A DNA stretch of 64,000 bases. Source: Patescibacteria group bacterium (lineage in GTDB: Bacteria > Patescibacteriota > Microgenomatia > UM-FILTER-40-11). The notes under the pieces were generated by a model that ran no database searches, was not told the DNA's origin, and saw nothing but the letters and a program-made list of their open reading frames with translations. Below, piece after piece: positions 28,304 to 38,258 of this stretch. Numbering within the stretch: position 1 is the first letter of the stretch; the number at the start of each line of letters is the position of its first letter. The stretch is from the NCBI GenBank assembly GCA_035530075.1, contig DATKVM010000005.1:87861-151860 (forward strand), given 5' to 3'. The translations under genes and the position numbers were made by a program.

Positions 28304-29978
28304 TTACTTCTTCCAAACTCATAAGATCACTCTCTTTTTTATCTCTTTCCCTATATTCTATTTTGTTTTCGGTTTTCTCGCTCACTACCAAGCGCACCGG
28401 AATCCCGATTAAATCCGCGTCGGCAAATTTTACTCCAGCCGAAACATCCTCCCGGTCGTCATAAAGGACATCAACACCACTTCTTCTTAATTCCTCATAA
28501 ACTTTCTCTGCCCGCCCGCCATTAAGTCCAATTAAATGAACATCGAACGGGGCTACCGCTTTGGGCCAAATAATTCCCTTCTCGTCATGGTGACCTTCAA
28601 CAATAATCGCCATTGCCCGCTCAATCCCAATCCCATAAGCGCCCATTAACAAAAACTTTTCCTGGCCATCCTTGTCAACGAAAGTCGCACCCATCGCTTT
28701 TGAATAAAAATCGTCATACTTAAAAACATGACCAAACTCAATTCCCCGAACTTCTTTTAATTTGTCTTTCTTGCAAGTGCTGCACAAAAAGCCTGCTTTG
28801 GCTTCAGCAACATCGCCGACTAAACCCGGCTGATAATCCCGACCAAAGTTAATGTTCACTAAGTCACGATATTTTTTGTTGGCGCCGCCATAAGCATTTT
28901 TAACTGATTTCAAAGACTCATCTGCTACTATGATAAGTTCCACTCCCGCTGCTAAGTTATCTTTAATGCCAACTGGAGAAATAAAGCCTGGCTCACTGCC
29001 AAGCTTTTCTCTAATTTCTTCATCTTCGGCGTGCCGCAGCTCGTGAGCATCGGTCAAATTCATCAATCTAATCTCATTAACATCCAAATCACCCCTAATA
29101 ACTGCCAAGATAAAGCGGCCTTTCTCATCGACGAACATTACGTCCTTAATCTGTTGCCAAAGCGGTTTTTCGTGTAACTTCACCCCATCCTCCATCGTGT
29201 TACCTCGTTTCGCTTCCACTTCCTCAAGCAGTCTTTCTTCTTCTCCTGGGTTTAAATCTTCTTTAAAAAAAGTTGCCCGCTCACGATTAGCTCGGTATCC
29301 GCACTCGCAAGTAAAAATCGTGTCCTCTCCATATGGAGTCGGGGAAATAAACTCATGGCAAAAGTCCCCGCCTAAAGCGCCAGGATCAGCTTCAACAGCA
29401 ACTACTTTAATCCCCAACTTTTCCGCAATCCGCTCATAAGCATGATAATGATCCCAATAAGTTTTCATAAAGCTCTCTTCATCCGCGGCAAAAGAATAAG
29501 AATCTTTCATAATAAATTCCCGAACTCGAATTAGGCCACCCCGGGCACGAAGTTCATCTCTAAACTTTTGTGAGAATTGATAGATCACAATTGGTAAATC
29601 TTTCCAGGAAGGCTTGAATTTCTTGACAAATTCCGTCATTACTGCCTCGGCTGTCGCGCCAATGGCAAACCAAGCACCTCGGCGGTCTTTGACTCGCATT
29701 AGCCCGGCGCCAAATGCCTCATCACGATGAGTCGCTTGCCAAAGCTCTAAGGGGTGCAAGGTAGGGGTTACAACTCTTTCTCCGCCAATTGCCTTCATCT
29801 CCTCGTCAATAATCTTCATTATCTTTTCGATAACTCGATAACCAAGAGGGGTAAACATATAGCGGCCGGCAACCAAATCACGAATATATCCTGCCCGATA
29901 AAGAAGTTTGTGGCTCGCCAAAACTGCATCTTTAGGAGCTTCTCTAACCGTTTTCCCAAAAAGTTTTGAGTATCTCAT
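28278..29978 (-). CDS. proS: Proline--tRNA ligase
   Basis: MRYSKLFGKTVREAPKDAVLASHKLLYRAGYIRDLVAGRYMFTPLG..., class II aaRS motifs. Confidence 0.95.
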   Translation of the reverse strand: MRYSKLFGKTVREAPKDAVLASHKLLYRAGYIRDLVAGRYMFTPLGYRVIEKIMKIIDEEMKAIGGERVVTPTLHPLELWQATHRDEAFGAGLMRVKDRRGAWFAIGATAEAVMTEFVKKFKPSWKDLPIVIYQFSQKFRDELRARGGLIRVREFIMKDSYSFAADEESFMKTYWDHYHAYERIAEKLGIKVVAVEADPGALGGDFCHEFISPTPYGEDTIFTCECGYRANRERATFFKEDLNPGEEERLLEEVEAKRGNTMEDGVKLHEKPLWQQIKDVMFVDEKGRFILAVIRGDLDVNEIRLMNLTDAHELRHAEDEEIREKLGSEPGFISPVGIKDNLAAGVELIIVADESLKSVKNAYGGANKKYRDLVNINFGRDYQPGLVGDVAEAKAGFLCSTCKKDKLKEVRGIEFGHVFKYDDFYSKAMGATFVDKDGQEKFLLMGAYGIGIERAMAIIVEGHHDEKGIIWPKAVAPFDVHLIGLNGGRAEKVYEELRRSGVDVLYDDREDVSAGVKFADADLIGIPVRLVVSEKTENKIEYRERDKKESDLMSLEEVINKISSQS

Positions 29979-30060
29979 TGATTAATTTTAACACACCCAA
30001 GGCTAAGAGCGCCATTTTGAAAATCGCATTGTATACTTAGTTAACTAGCTTTCCAATTTT

Positions 30061-31509
30061 ATGGCTGAAGAACCAATAGAAGTTGCTGAAGTAGGAGAAG
30101 AAGCAGAAACACTACCCCAAGAGAGAACAACTGAAAAAGGGTCGTTTAACCCCCCTTGGGAAAAAATCGAACTTAAGGACGACCAGACAGATCTAAAAAG
30201 AACTTTATACGTTTTTAAAGCAGAAGCCTTGGGAGTAAGGGGCAGAAAAGAAATTCCCATCGTTTTTAAGCACCTGCTAGACCCTTTAACTTCAGCAGAT
30301 TTAGGTAACAAAGCAATTCCTACTAGAAAGAGTTTTGACTCTGTTTTAAAAGCTCTCGACTACTTTGAAGTTCCCAGAACACAACTTGCAACTTCATTCT
30401 CGCCCAGGAGCATCCCCCGACCCGGCAATTTCGATTATGAAATTGTTACTGCTATCGCCACCTGTTCTTTATATGACGAAGAAGGAAAGTTAAAGCCTTA
30501 CGATGATGCCGAGGGTTGGGCTTTCTTCACCTCATATTTGATGTCGGCGGAGCCTAATCCCGAAATGGCCGATCAATGTTTGTCAAGATTAAAGCAAAGA
30601 ATGAGATTTTTGCCGATCGAAGAAAGTGGCGATACTCAGTCAACAATGAGATTATTAGGAGAAAAACCATCGTGGGGAAAGATCCCTTTGGAGAAAGTTA
30701 CTATGGTCCATGTGACTAATTATTTACCGAAATTAGGAGTCGAAGGGGCCGCAATTTTACCAAGAATTGACACCGATGGGGTTCCACGCTGGACTATCCA
30801 TTTTTTTGGCAATGGAATGGTAGAAGAACATGGTATTGCCGGGCTAAATCAACAATCATGGGAAATACAAAAATACGTAATTATTGCAAATTTTGCTGAA
30901 GCGGTTTTAACCAATGGGCTCCCGGCCAATATTTTTAGGCCAGATACTTTTTGGTCAATTTTCCCAGGCAGAGGCTTCAGGTTGACTCCGAGAACTACAA
31001 TTATAGCTCCGCTGCCAGAAGTTGAAGGCCTGGAAGAAAAGTATAGTCCTTTTGGTGTCGAAGTTAGGGGTTACCAAGAAAGCACCCCTCTAAGAACAGC
31101 CACATCGGAAATGTTCAGACAAAAAGATATTCCCTGGATTGAAGGGCTCGATCCAAAAGTTGCTGGCGAAGGAGATCATCGTTTGGGAAATTTTCTGGGG
31201 CTCCCCGACAAAAGTCATGAACGCACTAATGAGGGCCATTTAGACTATGGATATGGAAGATGTTGGGAAGCAGTTCTTCTTGGTTCTGAGTACACAACAA
31301 AACCGGGAAGAAGATACCTAGATGATAAAGAGGCTAAAAACATCGCCCCCCTAGGAACACAATTTGGACCTTTAGTTGAAAGAGCTCGAGCGCTTTCAAC
31401 AGCAATAGGAAATACCAGAGAATACGTTGTTGAAAGGCTGAGAAGGAAAGACAATGATAGGATTAGCGAAAAAGCCTTGCAAGTGGCGCTACTATCCGGC
31501 TTCCTTTAA
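30061..31509 (+). CDS. Hypothetical protein (482 aa), no recognisable domain
   Basis: Long ORF with an acidic N-terminus; nothing I can assign from the sequence. Confidence 0.55.
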   Translation: MAEEPIEVAEVGEEAETLPQERTTEKGSFNPPWEKIELKDDQTDLKRTLYVFKAEALGVRGRKEIPIVFKHLLDPLTSADLGNKAIPTRKSFDSVLKALDYFEVPRTQLATSFSPRSIPRPGNFDYEIVTAIATCSLYDEEGKLKPYDDAEGWAFFTSYLMSAEPNPEMADQCLSRLKQRMRFLPIEESGDTQSTMRLLGEKPSWGKIPLEKVTMVHVTNYLPKLGVEGAAILPRIDTDGVPRWTIHFFGNGMVEEHGIAGLNQQSWEIQKYVIIANFAEAVLTNGLPANIFRPDTFWSIFPGRGFRLTPRTTIIAPLPEVEGLEEKYSPFGVEVRGYQESTPLRTATSEMFRQKDIPWIEGLDPKVAGEGDHRLGNFLGLPDKSHERTNEGHLDYGYGRCWEAVLLGSEYTTKPGRRYLDDKEAKNIAPLGTQFGPLVERARALSTAIGNTREYVVERLRRKDNDRISEKALQVALLSGFL

Positions 31510-31680
31510 GGCAAATACTTTCCCTTGGTAATCTTACCAACGCCGTTGGCTTTTTGCCCAGGCTTATTAACCCCTAAGACTAGCCATAAAAATTGACATT
31601 AACGCTCTGGCGTTAACTTGTCAAAGATCTAGCTCCTTCAGGAAACAATTTAAGTATTAAGGTAAGTGGGATTTTGAAAG

Positions 31681-32757
31681 GTGAAGACTGTAATAGAAAG
31701 TGCTAAAATCTACCCCATGAATCTCGCTTTCACCTATCATGACCCAGAAGAAAAATTTGCCGACGATTTTGTCTATTTTTTAGGATTAATGTCGGATATG
31801 AGGGCGGGGGGTAAAATATATGTCCAGGCATCAAGCGCCATGCGTGGTACCCAAGTTTTAAGCTTGCTTGATTCCATCGCCAGAAGATCCCTGGAGGGTT
31901 TAATCCTTGGCATTGCACCTGAAGGTCCTCTCGGACCGGGAAGAGACTTTGAATGTCTTGCTACCGGAATTAAACGGCTTTCCGGCCCAACCTTGATAAT
32001 TGACGCTGACAAGGGAACAATGGTGGGCCGTTATTTCCCTGAAGATTTGGATTGGTTTGTCAGGAGAACTAAAGACGCCTTTAAAGATGGTGACGTTGGT
32101 GTGGTTGAGCTTGAAAGGTCCCAAAAGGCAATGGAAACCTATCCCCCTTCTCAAAGATTAACTGAACCTGTAATTAATGGCGCTTTCGGGAAGTATGCTG
32201 GAATTGAAGCGACAGATGTCACCTCAGGAGCGTTTGCCATTAGCGAGGAAGTAGCCAAGGAATGGAGAAAGGGGACCTTGTCTTTTTCGCCATATCTCCA
32301 CCGCAGCAATTTCATGCCCGAACCCCCTCTTCTTGCCCAATATCTTGGAAAAAGAGTAATCGGCATTCCGGCAAAATACCTGGGAGCTTTTGAAACTCAA
32401 ATTATGTCGTTAGACAGTGAACTTAGACCGAAGAAGTATACCTTTAGTCAAACCACTGAGGAAAGACCAACCTTTCCTCGGGAAAAAGAGAGATGGTTAA
32501 AAAGGCTTGACACGACAATCGACTGGCTCTATGCTTTGTCAGATTATTGCATAACACAGGAAAAAGAGGCTTCCCAAAAAGAAGTAGGCGATTTAAAAAG
32601 AATGGTATGGGAGACACTACTTGCCAAGGATCCACAGGCAGCTTTTCTCCACGCATTATTAGAGGAAGGCTGGATAGAGAAATTGAGTCTTCAAGAGCAT
32701 CCGGGGTTCGGACCCGAATTCTTAAATCATCAAATAAGAGGGGTTGAAAGAAGATAA
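31681..32757 (+). CDS. Hypothetical protein (358 aa, GTG start), no recognisable domain
   Basis: Co-directional with and 170 nt downstream of the 30061 gene; likely a two-gene unit. Confidence 0.5.
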   Translation: MKTVIESAKIYPMNLAFTYHDPEEKFADDFVYFLGLMSDMRAGGKIYVQASSAMRGTQVLSLLDSIARRSLEGLILGIAPEGPLGPGRDFECLATGIKRLSGPTLIIDADKGTMVGRYFPEDLDWFVRRTKDAFKDGDVGVVELERSQKAMETYPPSQRLTEPVINGAFGKYAGIEATDVTSGAFAISEEVAKEWRKGTLSFSPYLHRSNFMPEPPLLAQYLGKRVIGIPAKYLGAFETQIMSLDSELRPKKYTFSQTTEERPTFPREKERWLKRLDTTIDWLYALSDYCITQEKEASQKEVGDLKRMVWETLLAKDPQAAFLHALLEEGWIEKLSLQEHPGFGPEFLNHQIRGVERR

Positions 32758-32763
32758 CTCATT

Positions 32764-33723
32764 TTATTTATTCAGACTTATGAGAGTTTCTTTTAGTTCC
32801 TGGATACTTTCATAATCATAAATTGAAGAAACCAAAATCTCTCTTTTGGTTGGCTTAAGCTCAGCTTGGATTTTTTTAATCTTCTCCGGCGTCACTAAAT
32901 CCGACTTGTGAATCAAAATCATCTCAGGTTTTTCGAGAAGCTGCGGGTCATATTCTCTTAATTCTTTTCTCACTACCTCATAATCATAAAAAGGAGTTCT
33001 TGATTCAGCAGAAATCACATGAACCAAAGCTTTGGTTCGGCGGATATGTTTTAAGAATTTAATTCCCAAACCCTTGCCAGTTGAGGCACCGGCAATCAAT
33101 CCCGGCAAATCAGCCAAGATAAGTCTGTCCATTGCTCCCAAATTCGGCTCCAAAGTCGTAAAAGGATACTCTGCGGTTTTCACTGAGGCAGCCGTCAGCT
33201 CGTTAAGCAAACTGGATTTACCCACTGAAGGCAAGCCAATAAAGCCAATATCAGCAATCAAGCGCAATTCCAAAAACAATTCTCTTTTTTGGCCATATGT
33301 GCCATACTCAAATTTTCTTGGTGCCTGGTTAGTAGCAGAACGAAAATGCCAATTACCCCGTCCGCCCTTACCTCCTTGGGCAACGAGAAGTTTCTCTTCT
33401 ATCGCTCTCACTTCCCACTTTCCCCCGCTTCCATCCGCAATCACTGTTCCCACGGGTACTGTTAAAACCAAATCTTCTCCTGAAACTCCGGTTTTGCGGC
33501 TCTTACCCCCAGGTTTTCCATCTTCCGCCTTAAATTCCTTTTGATATTGATAACGGTTTAAGGCAGTAATATCTTCTACTCCTACCAGATACACATTCCC
33601 ACCGTCTCCACCGTCACCGCCATCCGGCCCGCCTTTGGGAACAAACTTTTCTCGGCGAAAGGAAACCGCTCCATTTCCGCCATCCCCGGCCTTAACCTTA
33701 ATTTGTACCTCATCAACTAACAT
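32764..33723 (-). CDS. obg: GTPase Obg (short form)
   Basis: Gly-rich N-terminal Obg fold (GGDGGDGGNV...) and GTPase motifs GLPSVGKSS / DLPG. Confidence 0.9.
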   Translation of the reverse strand: MLVDEVQIKVKAGDGGNGAVSFRREKFVPKGGPDGGDGGDGGNVYLVGVEDITALNRYQYQKEFKAEDGKPGGKSRKTGVSGEDLVLTVPVGTVIADGSGGKWEVRAIEEKLLVAQGGKGGRGNWHFRSATNQAPRKFEYGTYGQKRELFLELRLIADIGFIGLPSVGKSSLLNELTAASVKTAEYPFTTLEPNLGAMDRLILADLPGLIAGASTGKGLGIKFLKHIRRTKALVHVISAESRTPFYDYEVVRKELREYDPQLLEKPEMILIHKSDLVTPEKIKKIQAELKPTKREILVSSIYDYESIQELKETLISLNK

Positions 33724-33784
33724 ATTTGAAAACTTAAAACTTAAAACTACAATTTAAAAAAATAACTCCAACTAGTATTCTATC

Positions 33785-34555
33785 TCAAACGGTCTCTATC
33801 TCCAACATTATCGGGCAATGGTCAGAGCCAAAAACATTTTTCAATATCACGGATTTTTTGACTTTGTCTTTCAAGTTTGAAGAAATTAAAAAATAATCAT
33901 AACGCCAACCCTTGTCCTGCAATCTTTTTGGGTCACGTAAACTCCACCAGGTATCGTGCCCGCCACCTTTTTCAAAAAGCCGGAAAGTGTCGGTCAGCCC
34001 GATTGCCAACAGCTGGTCAAATATTTTCCTGGCCTCAAGGAGAAAACCGGAGCTTTGCAGATTTGTTTTTGGCGAATAAAGATCAAGTTCCGTATGGGCA
34101 ACATTCATATCCGCCCCAATAACCACTGATTGCTTTGCTGATAAAAGCTTTTGGATAAAGTCGCCTATTTGTTGTAAGAATTGATGTTTGTACTTCAATC
34201 TTTTCCCACCACCACTACCGTTGGGGACATAAAAATTGAAAAGGTGCCAATTGGCCAAAAGGCCATAAATAGCTCTTCCTTCCGTATCCAAAACCTCATT
34301 ACCGACTTTGGTAGTGATTTGCGAGAATGGCAGCTGCCGACGATAATAAATCGCTGTCCCGCCATAGCCGGGTCGGCCGGAATGATTGAAAATCGCCTCG
34401 TAACCCGGAACAAACTTTAGAAAAAGCGAAAGCTGGTCCGGATGGGCTCTTACCTCCTGAAGCATGACCACCTCTGGCTGCTCAGAGTTTAGAAACTGCA
34501 GAAATTTTTCCTCGGCCGATCTTAAACTATTAACATTCCAAGAAACCAATTTCAT
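33785..34555 (-). CDS. xth: Exodeoxyribonuclease III (EEP family AP endonuclease)
   Basis: MKLVSWNVNSLR...VVMLQEV...GSDHCPIMLE motifs. Confidence 0.85.
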   Translation of the reverse strand: MKLVSWNVNSLRSAEEKFLQFLNSEQPEVVMLQEVRAHPDQLSLFLKFVPGYEAIFNHSGRPGYGGTAIYYRRQLPFSQITTKVGNEVLDTEGRAIYGLLANWHLFNFYVPNGSGGGKRLKYKHQFLQQIGDFIQKLLSAKQSVVIGADMNVAHTELDLYSPKTNLQSSGFLLEARKIFDQLLAIGLTDTFRLFEKGGGHDTWWSLRDPKRLQDKGWRYDYFLISSNLKDKVKKSVILKNVFGSDHCPIMLEIETV

Positions 34556-34557
34556 AG

Positions 34558-35154
34558 TCAGATTATACAACCCGCTATTGAAAACAATTTCTTTCTCTTT
34601 TTCAAATAACTTTTCTCTAATTTTTTAGCTAAAAAAGAAAATTGATTGACATCTCGCCAGTCTCTTTCCAATTTGGCTAGGACGAATTTTGCTCTTTCTC
34701 GCATTCCTCCTAGTCTTTCATCAGTCATTATTGACTCGTGGGTTCCATCGGTAAAGTGAGCAGTCGAATCAGCGGCAACGACGATCTTTGCCTCAATCGT
34801 CTCTGGTTCAACATCCCGGTTACGATGGCATCTCACTATATGAGTAACGGATTTTATTAATTCCTCTCTAGCCCCTAGAGATAACAGAATTTCCCTTGCT
34901 CTGATTTCGCCCAAAATCGCGTGGTCGGTCGTTAAAAAATCCCTGCCCATAATTAGACCACAATCGTGGAGCCAGGCGCCCAAAAGGACTATCTCAATAT
35001 TTGCTTCCGGAGCCTTTTTACTCAAATACTTAGTCCATTTGATCACTTCAGGGATATGCGATGCCATTTTAGCTTTTATTATTTGCCAGGAATCAAAAAC
35101 ATCTGCCTGGGGAAGAATAATTTCCTCAGCCTGAGTAATTAGTTTATTTTTCAT
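34558..35154 (-). CDS. HD-domain phosphohydrolase
   Basis: ...LGAWLHDCGL... H..HD...D pattern. Confidence 0.65.
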   Translation of the reverse strand: MKNKLITQAEEIILPQADVFDSWQIIKAKMASHIPEVIKWTKYLSKKAPEANIEIVLLGAWLHDCGLIMGRDFLTTDHAILGEIRAREILLSLGAREELIKSVTHIVRCHRNRDVEPETIEAKIVVAADSTAHFTDGTHESIMTDERLGGMRERAKFVLAKLERDWRDVNQFSFLAKKLEKSYLKKRKKLFSIAGCII

Positions 35155-35194
35155 TAGACATCTTTATAATTAATAATCTGCAAGACAAAAAATA

Positions 35195-35869
35195 TTAGGA
35201 AATTTTAGCTTGTAGAGAAAAGCGACCCAAAATCTTCGTATTTTCCGGAGTCAAAAATTTGTCATTCAGGACCAAATCCGCCTTGTTAAAAGTTACGCTC
35301 GGAACCTCAATCACTGTCAGGTTTTTTAGGATTTGCTTTTCGCCTTTGGTAAATTCAGCAGAATGTCGGGTCAAACTTCCCCAAATTAAGTCGTAGTATT
35401 CCTCCCTAAATCCCGGAGCTACCCCGAAAGAAAGAAAAATCTCCTCTAATTTTCTCCTTAAAGAACGAATCTCTTCTTCCATTTCGGTAGTAAAAATGCT
35501 AAGCATTCCCCCTCTACCAAAATGAGGAAAGGAGATTGTCCCGGTTATGGACGGGGTTTTTGAGAACAGCTGATTCAAAGTTTGGGAAAATTGCGGAACA
35601 TCCAAACCTTCAAGATTATCCTTGGGCGACCAGAAAAGAGTCAGATGATACCCTTCCGAAGGCTGAAAAATTATTTTGCCTTTTAAGTTTTCCGGAACAA
35701 CCCGATTCAAATCCTCTCTTATTTTCTGGCTTAAATCTGGAGAAAGTCTGAAAACCAAAGACAAAGCCCTTTTAAAATTACTTTCTTCTTTAAAAACTTC
35801 AACATTACCCTCCTCAATAATCTTCCAATGTTCGCCAAGAAGTTTCTGCCAACTTTTAGACAAAGGCAT
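35195..35869 (-). CDS. Hypothetical; possibly 2H-phosphoesterase (LigT-like) fold
   Basis: GYHLTLFW resembles the first H-x-T-x motif of the 2H family; the second motif is unclear. Confidence 0.35.
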   Translation of the reverse strand: MPLSKSWQKLLGEHWKIIEEGNVEVFKEESNFKRALSLVFRLSPDLSQKIREDLNRVVPENLKGKIIFQPSEGYHLTLFWSPKDNLEGLDVPQFSQTLNQLFSKTPSITGTISFPHFGRGGMLSIFTTEMEEEIRSLRRKLEEIFLSFGVAPGFREEYYDLIWGSLTRHSAEFTKGEKQILKNLTVIEVPSVTFNKADLVLNDKFLTPENTKILGRFSLQAKIS

Positions 35870-35872
35870 AAC

Positions 35873-37540
35873 TTAAACCTCAATAATTACCACCAAGACC
35901 ATTGGTCTTCTTCCGGTTTTGGCAAAGAAGAGCTTTTCCAAAAAGTCCTGGACCCGCTCCCGAATTAAGCGATGGTCAATTCTGGCGCGCTGTGGCAGGG
36001 ACTTAAGCGCCCGGTGAATACCCTGACGGGTTTCTTCCAAAAGCTCCAGGTTCTCCCGAATGTAAACAAAGCCGCGGGAAACTATTTCCGGCTCCCCTTC
36101 CAGCTTAAAGGTAGTTTCATTAATCGGCAAAATGGTCACCACAATCCCTTCTTCGGACAAAATCTTCCGGTCACGCAAAACGACATTGCCAACATCGCCC
36201 ACTCCCAGAGCGTCAACCATTATTTGACCAATTTGAACTCGGCCCTTAGTCGGGACCAAACCTTTTTCGTTAAATTCGATGATTTCTCCATCGTCTTTTA
36301 AAAGCACTTGATTTGGGCGATAGCCATTTTTCTCCGCTAATTTTTGGTAGGCGACCATATGCCGGAAGTTGCCCCCAATCGGCACTAAGTACCCAGGTTT
36401 AACCAACTCCATTAATTTGGTTAAATCTCCTTGAGAGCCGTGACCGGAGACATGAATAATGCTCCGAACATCCGAGTAAGCGACATCCGCCCCCAGCCGG
36501 TAGATATTATCGATAAGGTTGTAAATGGCGCTTTCGTTACCGGGAATGTAATCGGTCGAGAAAACCACTTTGTCGCCCGGCTTAATCTTAATTTGCTCAA
36601 TTTCACCGCTGACCAACCGGTCCATGGCTGACCCTAACTGGCCTTGACTGCCCGCTACCAGTAAAGTCAGTTCACTGGGTTTAAAGCGATTAATTATCTT
36701 TTTCGGGACAAAAGTCTCGGGCGAATAGTTAATATACTTAAGCTTCGTCGCAATGCTCATATTTTTATCAATTGAGCGCCCGACTAAAACCACTTTTCGG
36801 CCGTGTTTAATCGAAACATCAATTGCCTGCTTCAGCCGAGACAAATTGGAAGACATTGTCGTCACAATAAATTTTCCCTGGCAATTTTCAATTTCTTCTT
36901 CGAAAACTTCTTCCAGCCTTGCTTCCGGCGGAGTAAAGCCCGGATTTTCTGCTCGCAGACAGTCGGAAAGCATGCAAGCCACACCCCGGCTGCCAATCGC
37001 CCGAATTAACTCCTGATTGGTCGGTGGCCCCATTACCGGCCGCAAATCCAACTTAAAGTCCGGCGCGTGGTAAAAAAGCCCGACCGGAGTTTTAATCACC
37101 AAATGGAGCGTATCGGGGATGGAATGCGTCACTCGGACAAATTCCACCGAAAAATCTCCCACATTGACTCGTTTACCTTCGCCAACTTCTTCCAAATTTG
37201 GCGTAACTCCAAATTCAGCTAATTTATCGGTCACTAAAGCGCCCGCCCAACGAGAAGCAAAAATCGGCAGCCTCTCACCTAACTTTGGCAAAAGGTAAGG
37301 TAGAGCCCCAATATGATCATCATGACCATGAGTAAGAAAAATGGCTCTAATCTTGTCTTTTTTATCTTGTAAATAACTGACGTCGGGAATGACTAAATCG
37401 ACTCCCAACATTTCCTCTTCAGGAAAACCGACGCCGCAATCGACAATAATAATGTCGCGCGCCGTTTCGTAAACAAACATATTTTTCGTTACGTGACCAA
37501 AACCACCCAACGAAACAATTCTTAAAAAATTTCTGGCCAT
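35873..37540 (-). CDS. rnj: Ribonuclease J (metallo-beta-lactamase / beta-CASP)
   Basis: ...IFLTHGHDDHIGALPYLL... and beta-CASP architecture, 555 aa. Confidence 0.9.
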   Translation of the reverse strand: MARNFLRIVSLGGFGHVTKNMFVYETARDIIIVDCGVGFPEEEMLGVDLVIPDVSYLQDKKDKIRAIFLTHGHDDHIGALPYLLPKLGERLPIFASRWAGALVTDKLAEFGVTPNLEEVGEGKRVNVGDFSVEFVRVTHSIPDTLHLVIKTPVGLFYHAPDFKLDLRPVMGPPTNQELIRAIGSRGVACMLSDCLRAENPGFTPPEARLEEVFEEEIENCQGKFIVTTMSSNLSRLKQAIDVSIKHGRKVVLVGRSIDKNMSIATKLKYINYSPETFVPKKIINRFKPSELTLLVAGSQGQLGSAMDRLVSGEIEQIKIKPGDKVVFSTDYIPGNESAIYNLIDNIYRLGADVAYSDVRSIIHVSGHGSQGDLTKLMELVKPGYLVPIGGNFRHMVAYQKLAEKNGYRPNQVLLKDDGEIIEFNEKGLVPTKGRVQIGQIMVDALGVGDVGNVVLRDRKILSEEGIVVTILPINETTFKLEGEPEIVSRGFVYIRENLELLEETRQGIHRALKSLPQRARIDHRLIRERVQDFLEKLFFAKTGRRPMVLVVIIEV

Positions 37541-37589
37541 ATTTTTCCTTTTTTCAAAAAATAAATTTTGATATTTAATTTTAAATTGA

Positions 37590-38231
37590 TTATATTAACG
37601 TTAATTGTTCTTCTTTATCCGGCTTTTTTTCCTCGGGCCCAGCCGGCGAATTAAGGGATTTTCCCAATCTTTTTACTTCCGCCGGGATATTCTTAAAGTC
37701 TTCTTTAAGCTGCCGGTTCACTTCTCCGGCTCGCAAAGCTGCCGCCGGATGATACATCGGGATTAAAATTAACCGCTGGCCGGCAGACTCAATTACCTTC
37801 CCCTGACCGTGGTCACGGCTGATTTTCCCCAGGGGCAAAAAGTGATACATCGCAAACCGCCCCAAGGTAATAATTACTTTAGGCTGAATCACATTAATCT
37901 GCCGCTCTAAAAACGGCTGGCAGACTTTAACTTCCTCTGGCGAAGGGTCACGATTATTCGGCGGCCGATGTTTCAAGACATTAGTAACGAAAACCTTTTC
38001 CCGACTAAGGTCAATCGAGGCTAAAAGTTCATCTAAAAGTTTGCCCGCTACTCCGACAAAAGGAATGCCTTTTTGATCTTCCCAATACCCCGGCGCTTCC
38101 CCAATAAGCATTATTTCAGCATTCGGATTACCATTCCCGGGAACAGGATGAGTCGCCGATTTAGCCAGAGAGCAGGTGCGGCAAACCTCCACTTCTTGGG
38201 CAACTTTTCCCAATTCTTTTTGCTTATCCAT
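37590..38231 (-). CDS. Uracil-DNA glycosylase, family 4
   Basis: CRTCSLAK Fe-S Cys and the GEAPGYWED family-4 motif. Confidence 0.85.
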   Translation of the reverse strand: MDKQKELGKVAQEVEVCRTCSLAKSATHPVPGNGNPNAEIMLIGEAPGYWEDQKGIPFVGVAGKLLDELLASIDLSREKVFVTNVLKHRPPNNRDPSPEEVKVCQPFLERQINVIQPKVIITLGRFAMYHFLPLGKISRDHGQGKVIESAGQRLILIPMYHPAAALRAGEVNRQLKEDFKNIPAEVKRLGKSLNSPAGPEEKKPDKEEQLTLI

Positions 38232-38258
38232 TAAAGACTTCTTCCTCTCCGGCGCAGG

